This document shows, piece by piece, positions 50,612 to 52,023 of a stretch of 52,023 nt of DNA. This DNA comes from Octopus sinensis (lineage: Eukaryota): the NCBI RefSeq assembly GCF_006345805.1, contig NW_021833993.1:1-52023 (forward strand), written 5' to 3'. How positions within the stretch are numbered: position 1 is the first letter of the stretch; each line of letters starts with the position of its first letter. The notes under the pieces were generated by a model. That model worked only from the letters and a program-made list of their open reading frames with translations. It searched no databases and was not told the DNA's origin. Both the position numbers and the translations under genes were made by a program.

Positions 50612-50787
50612 GATGGTTGTGGTGATGATGATGGTGGTGTGGTTGGTGGTAATGATGATGATGATTTATATACTTATAATATTTACTCACCCGTTTGCCC
50701 ATTTCAATCAAGTTACCCAAAAACATAATCGGTGCAGGCCCGTCTACACCAATTGCCTTCAGAGCACCGAAGTTCCATCTTCCATAG
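21853..50787 (-). CDS. CYP3A-like: Cytochrome P450, clan 3 (CYP3A-like). Spliced gene, 13 coding exons in window, 5'-partial (exon 1 not found): join(50787-50691,47722-47670,46056-45960,42031-41915,39769-39681,38398-38250,36658-36528,35773-35650,28512-28355,26300-26212,24067-23930,22913-22751,21936-21853)
   Basis: Hand-spliced exons all have AG/GT boundaries and compatible phases. They total 1489 nt (1+496 codons incl. TAA) with no internal stop. Motifs: [34 protein letters not shown]. Exon sizes and phases mirror human CYP3A4 as recalled (53, 89, 149, 163; 89+138=227). The symbol is family-level only and orthology is untested. Confidence 0.95.
22073..22448 (+). mobile_element. SINE family D with 17-bp TSD, in the last CYP intron
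   Basis: CAACAGCAGGAACAACA at 22056-22072 and 22449-22465. Confidence 0.85.
22449..22742. repeat. (AAC/ACC)n compound repeat
   Basis: Direct reading. Abuts the CYP donor at 22750. Confidence 0.92.
22751..22913 (-). CDS. CYP3A-like: CYP exon (equiv. exon 12, heme-binding): [54 protein letters not shown]
   Basis: ttttag acceptor, gtaagc donor, 163 nt. FxxGxRxCxG heme-thiolate motif. Confidence 0.97.
23429..23828 (-). mobile_element. SINE family B dimer
   Basis: Two tandem bodies and one head, as at 9500-9935. Confidence 0.85.
23930..24067 (-). CDS. CYP3A-like: CYP exon (equiv. 3' part of exon 11): [45 protein letters not shown](R)
   Basis: catag acceptor after a pyrimidine tract, gtaatg donor, 138 nt, phase 2 to 2. 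LH.D..YW..P..F.PER meander. Confidence 0.95.
24661..25551 (-). repeat. Family C element with ~12-unit 61/63-bp minisatellite
   Basis: TGGTGCTTTTACGT recurs at 24878, 24939, 25002, 25063, 25126, 25186, 25249, 25310, 25373, 25434 and 25496. Confidence 0.9.
25660..26147 (+). mobile_element. R4/Dong-type non-LTR retrotransposon 3' fragment (restriction-like endonuclease), degenerate
   Basis: [18 protein letters not shown]...[24 protein letters not shown]...[11 protein letters not shown]...[12 protein letters not shown], flanked by (TAA)n on both sides. Confidence 0.8.
26212..26300 (-). CDS. CYP3A-like: CYP exon (equiv. 5' part of exon 11, K-helix): [29 protein letters not shown](I)
   Basis: tttcag acceptor, gtaatt donor, 89 nt. 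ExxR motif ESLRLYP. Confidence 0.95.
28355..28512 (-). CDS. CYP3A-like: CYP exon (equiv. exon 10, I-helix): [52 protein letters not shown]
   Basis: ttccag acceptor, gtaagt donor, 158 nt. AGYETT oxygen-binding motif. Confidence 0.97.
28534..28972. mobile_element. Same TIR element, about 20 nt from the acceptor of the CYP I-helix exon
   Basis: Colinear with 8016-8449. Confidence 0.8.
29229..29300 (-). pseudogene. tRNA-Pro-derived pseudogene
   Basis: GGCTCATTGGTCTAGGGGTATGATCCTCATTTTAGGTGCAAGAGGTCACAGGTTCAATTCCCAGATGTGCTT aligns without gaps to the metazoan tRNA-Pro consensus (recalled). About 14 of 72 positions differ, many at CpG, and stems are broken. Confidence 0.8.
29357..29592. mobile_element. 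Tc1/mariner-like MITE, degenerate
   Basis: GCCAAAAGTCACC / GGTGACTTTTGGC inverted match near both ends, embedded in TA tracts. Confidence 0.6.
29592..33360. repeat. ~3.8-kb degenerate (TA)n tract
   Basis: Direct reading. Confidence 0.97.
33361..33670 (+). mobile_element. SINE family D head and body with a different 3' tail
   Basis: The first ~185 nt match the 12600 and 22073 copies. The rest is unrelated. Confidence 0.75.
34338..34800 (+). mobile_element. RTE-clade LINE 3' end (ORF2 C-terminus)
   Basis: [17 protein letters not shown]...[11 protein letters not shown]...RGGQRKTW, then a stop, followed directly by a (GAA)n tail. Confidence 0.88.
34801..35641. repeat. (GAA)n-derived compound minisatellite
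   Basis: GAAGAAGGCGAACAA and AAAGAAGGAGGAGGA subunits. Confidence 0.95.
35650..35773 (-). CDS. CYP3A-like: CYP exon (equiv. exon 9): [41 protein letters not shown](G)
   Basis: aag acceptor, gttagc donor, 124 nt, phase 0 to 1. H-helix DFL..ML.A. Confidence 0.87.
36528..36658 (-). CDS. CYP3A-like: CYP exon (equiv. exon 8): (T)[43 protein letters not shown]
   Basis: poly-T tag acceptor, gtacgt donor, 131 nt, phase 1 to 0. F/G helices. Confidence 0.88.
36769..37709. repeat. Overlapping inverted (~225 bp) and direct (~240 bp) duplication
   Basis: 36769-36994 is the reverse complement of 37279-37504. 36989-37228 is repeated at 37471-37709. Confidence 0.9.
37729..38123 (-). mobile_element. Non-autonomous Helitron (same family as 5964-6355)
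   Basis: A|TCTTTATATATAAAA 5' end, hairpin and CTAG|T 3' end, high similarity to 5964-6355. Confidence 0.82.
38250..38398 (-). CDS. CYP3A-like: CYP exon (equiv. exon 7): [49 protein letters not shown]
   Basis: ttttag acceptor, gtaagt donor, 149 nt, phase 2 to 1. E-helix YTLD.I...FG. Confidence 0.94.
39681..39769 (-). CDS. CYP3A-like: CYP exon (equiv. exon 6): [29 protein letters not shown](D)
   Basis: taacag acceptor, gtaaga donor, 89 nt, phase 0 to 2. Bridges the neighbouring exons in frame. Confidence 0.88.
40040..40266 (-). mobile_element. RTE LINE 3' fragment
   Basis: [29 protein letters not shown]...AAQDRTDWR. Confidence 0.82.
41150..41552 (-). mobile_element. Degenerate RTE (BovB-like) LINE fragment
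   Basis: [34 protein letters not shown]...[13 protein letters not shown]. Confidence 0.8.
41586..41906. repeat. (GA/GGA)n polypurine tract
   Basis: Direct reading. Confidence 0.9.
41915..42031 (-). CDS. CYP3A-like: CYP exon (equiv. exon 5): [39 protein letters not shown]
   Basis: cttcag acceptor, gtaagt donor, 117 nt. C-helix WxxxR followed by LSP. Confidence 0.94.
42078..42869. mobile_element. Helentron-associated (HINE/DINE-1-like) element with nested SINE fragments
   Basis: Subterminal CCTCCGCC motif near one end. Terminal stem-loop TACCTCCACCTTCGCTAAGGCAGAGGTA followed by an A-run. Interrupted by duplicated SINE-A 3' halves at about 42250-42683. Confidence 0.55.
43475..43694. mobile_element. 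piggyBac-like MITE nested in a SINE
   Basis: TTAA|CCCTTTCATTAC...GTAACGAAAGGG|TTAA. Confidence 0.78.
44250..44652. repeat. Two adjacent long palindromes (foldback element)
   Basis: Arms 44250-44353 / 44437-44536 and 44547-44595 / 44604-44652. Related monomer at about 14125-14258. Confidence 0.85.
44686..45440. mobile_element. Probable Penelope-like element terminal-repeat remnants
   Basis: AT-rich block between (TA)n tracts. It carries a hammerhead core, a hairpin at 45185-45226 and a second degenerate hammerhead-like motif near 45320-45350. No ORF. Confidence 0.4.
45058..45190 (-). ncRNA. Type-I hammerhead ribozyme motif (Penelope-like), long stem II
   Basis: Minus strand reads CTGATGA, GGCTTATGGTTA...TAACCACAGGCT (stem II), GAAAC AGCT GTA. 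The core is complete, stem III is palindromic and stem I is about 3 bp. Confidence 0.6.
45960..46056 (-). CDS. CYP3A-like: CYP exon (equiv. exon 4): [32 protein letters not shown]
   Basis: tttag acceptor, gtgagt donor, 97 nt. DP..VK.F..FTNR clan-3 motif. Confidence 0.94.
46095..46512 (-). mobile_element. SINE family B dimer
   Basis: Two tandem bodies and one head, ending about 40 nt from a CYP acceptor. Confidence 0.85.
46768..47532 (-). mobile_element. Tandem array of CORE-like tRNA SINE copies
   Basis: GCTGAGTGGACTGGAGCAA..GAAATGAAGTGTTTTGCTCAAGAACACAA occurs four times. Other copies near 20975-21190(-), 18060-18190(-), 2335-2470(+) and 33715-33910(+). Confidence 0.8.
47670..47722 (-). 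CDS. CYP3A-like: CYP exon (equiv. exon 3): [18 protein letters not shown]
   Basis: ctttcag acceptor, gtaaaa donor, 53 nt, phase 0 to 2. YG..FG motif. Confidence 0.9.
47748..47918. repeat. (TAA)n microsatellite
   Basis: Direct reading. Confidence 0.95.
47919..48268 (+). mobile_element. R4/Dong-type non-LTR retrotransposon 3' end
   Basis: [26 protein letters not shown]...[20 protein letters not shown] plus 3' UTR, with (TAA)n on both sides. Confidence 0.8.
48362..48600. mobile_element. Partial copy of the same TIR element
   Basis: Matches about 8220-8449. Confidence 0.7.
48764..49813. mobile_element. Tigger/pogo-like non-autonomous DNA transposon with nested SINE-B array
   Basis: TA|CAGTGATCCCTCG..TATCGCGG at the left end and CGAAAGATCACTG at the right end. 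SINE-B sits inside at about 49098-49640. Confidence 0.65.
49966..50380 (-). mobile_element. RTE/RTEX LINE 3' fragment with (GAT)n tail
   Basis: [32 protein letters not shown]...FAGHC, frameshifted to [11 protein letters not shown]...AMMDREVWR. Confidence 0.82.
50430..50665. repeat. (GAT/GGT)n microsatellite
   Basis: Direct reading. Confidence 0.95.
50691..50787 (-). CDS. CYP3A-like: CYP exon (equiv. CYP3A exon 2): [32 protein letters not shown]
   Basis: ttcag acceptor, gtgagt donor, 97 nt, phase 2 to 0. Proline hinge GPxP..GN. Confidence 0.93.
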
Positions 50788-52023
50788 CTGAAAGGCAAAC
50801 AAAAAAACAAACAAAAAAAAAATTAAGATTCAAGCGTAAAAAAGGTTGCATCTTTTTTTTTTTTTTTGCAGAAACAGATGCAATAGGTTTCGTTTTTGTG
50901 TTTGGTTTGCAAGATTCTTGACATGAAACAAATCTTGTTGTGTCTTGGGAGGGTCGTTATGCCAATAATAACACATGCACTGGTTCAATATCACATCTTT
51001 ATCGCTAAAAGAAAACCAAAACTAATGAATTTTTGTTGAAACAAATCTTGTTGTGTCTTGGGAGGGTCGTTATGCCAATAATAACACACGCACTGGTTTA
51101 ATATCACATCTTTATTGTTAACCAATTGCCTAACAATAAAGTGATATCAAACCACTGCATGGGTTGTTGTTATTATTATTATTATTGGCATGATGACCCT
51201 CCCAAGACAGCAAAATAAAAGTTATAATATAGGCATCGGGATGGCTGTGTGGTAAGAAGCTTACTTTTTAAAAAGCTTGCCAGTGGAGGAGACATAACCT
51301 GAAATGGACCCCTTCTCGGTGGACGTATTCCTTTTCCGATCGAGGTACCCTGATCTGGTACTATCGGAGTGCCTGAGTGACACTTGGTGCTGGGTCAGGT
51401 GCCGGCGAGGTGGAAAATTGTGAAAATAAGAGGACAAGTGCCTCGTACTGAAAGGGCATATGACCCATAAGAAAAAAATGTAAGAGGCCAAGTGCCTCAT
51501 TTCAAGGACATGGTGTCATTTGAGGTAAGAGGCTTAGTGCCTCATTGTAAGGACCTTGAGTCCAAAAGAAATATTGGTAAGAGGTTTATTGACTCAAATT
51601 GCAAGTTCACAAAAGCACAATGTTTTAGAGAAGCAAAGATCGGTGGGCATCTTTTGCCTTCTCTCATTAATACCATCCTGTTCATCATTCATTTCATCTC
51701 ATCAATGTCTTTGTCCAGCCCATAGCTTCTCCATGTGTATATGGCTTTCATAGCCAATTTAATGAAATAGATAAGCTTGCTTCCCAACCACAAGGTTCCG
51801 GGTTCAGTGCCACTGCATTGCACCTTGGGCAAGTGTTTTCTACTATAGCCTTGGGCCAACGAAAGCCTTGTGAGTAGATTTGGTAAGTATACTATTTATG
51901 TTTGGAAAAAGGAGAGAAAATTGCTCTTCTGTACAGAGAGGACAAAAAGACTTCCCTTTATCATAGTGGAATGATCTAGATAAAATTTTCTTTAGATTGG
52001 AAAATTTTATCTAGATCATTCCC

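Noticed and set aside
51405-51556. Three GAGG..AGTGCCTC mini-palindromes
   Set aside because: Short and degenerate, and I cannot link them to any function or family.
50788-52023. CYP exon 1
   Set aside because: I found no ATG plus hydrophobic anchor ending in a phase-2 donor on the minus strand. It is probably beyond the window.

Overview
Eukaryotic, AT-rich, repeat-dense genomic DNA. The SINE, MITE and microsatellite repertoire looks like an octopus or other coleoid cephalopod (inference, not verified). One protein-coding gene can be rebuilt by hand. It is a minus-strand clan-3 (CYP3A-like) cytochrome P450 with 13 GT-AG coding exons from 50787 to the TAA stop at 21853. These give 1489 nt with all splice phases compatible and about 495 aa. 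Exon 1 (the membrane anchor) was not found and probably lies beyond the window end. All P450 motifs are intact: GPAP, WxxxR, AGYETT, ESLR, PERF and [10 protein letters not shown]. Everything else is intronic or intergenic: four recurrent SINE-like families, 3' fragments of CR1, RTE and R4/Dong LINEs, Helitron and Helentron-like elements, TA- and TTAA-flanked MITEs, a tRNA-Pro pseudogene and very long micro/minisatellites. Most ORFs in the track are microsatellite artefacts. Best leads: a hammerhead-ribozyme core in sense orientation in a CYP intron, a 147-codon frame that appears only when two MITEs are excised, microsatellite-targeting retroelements, and inverted repeats around the CYP 3' end. 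I see no clear evidence of a new multi-gene system. Coordinates were counted by hand and repeat boundaries are approximate.
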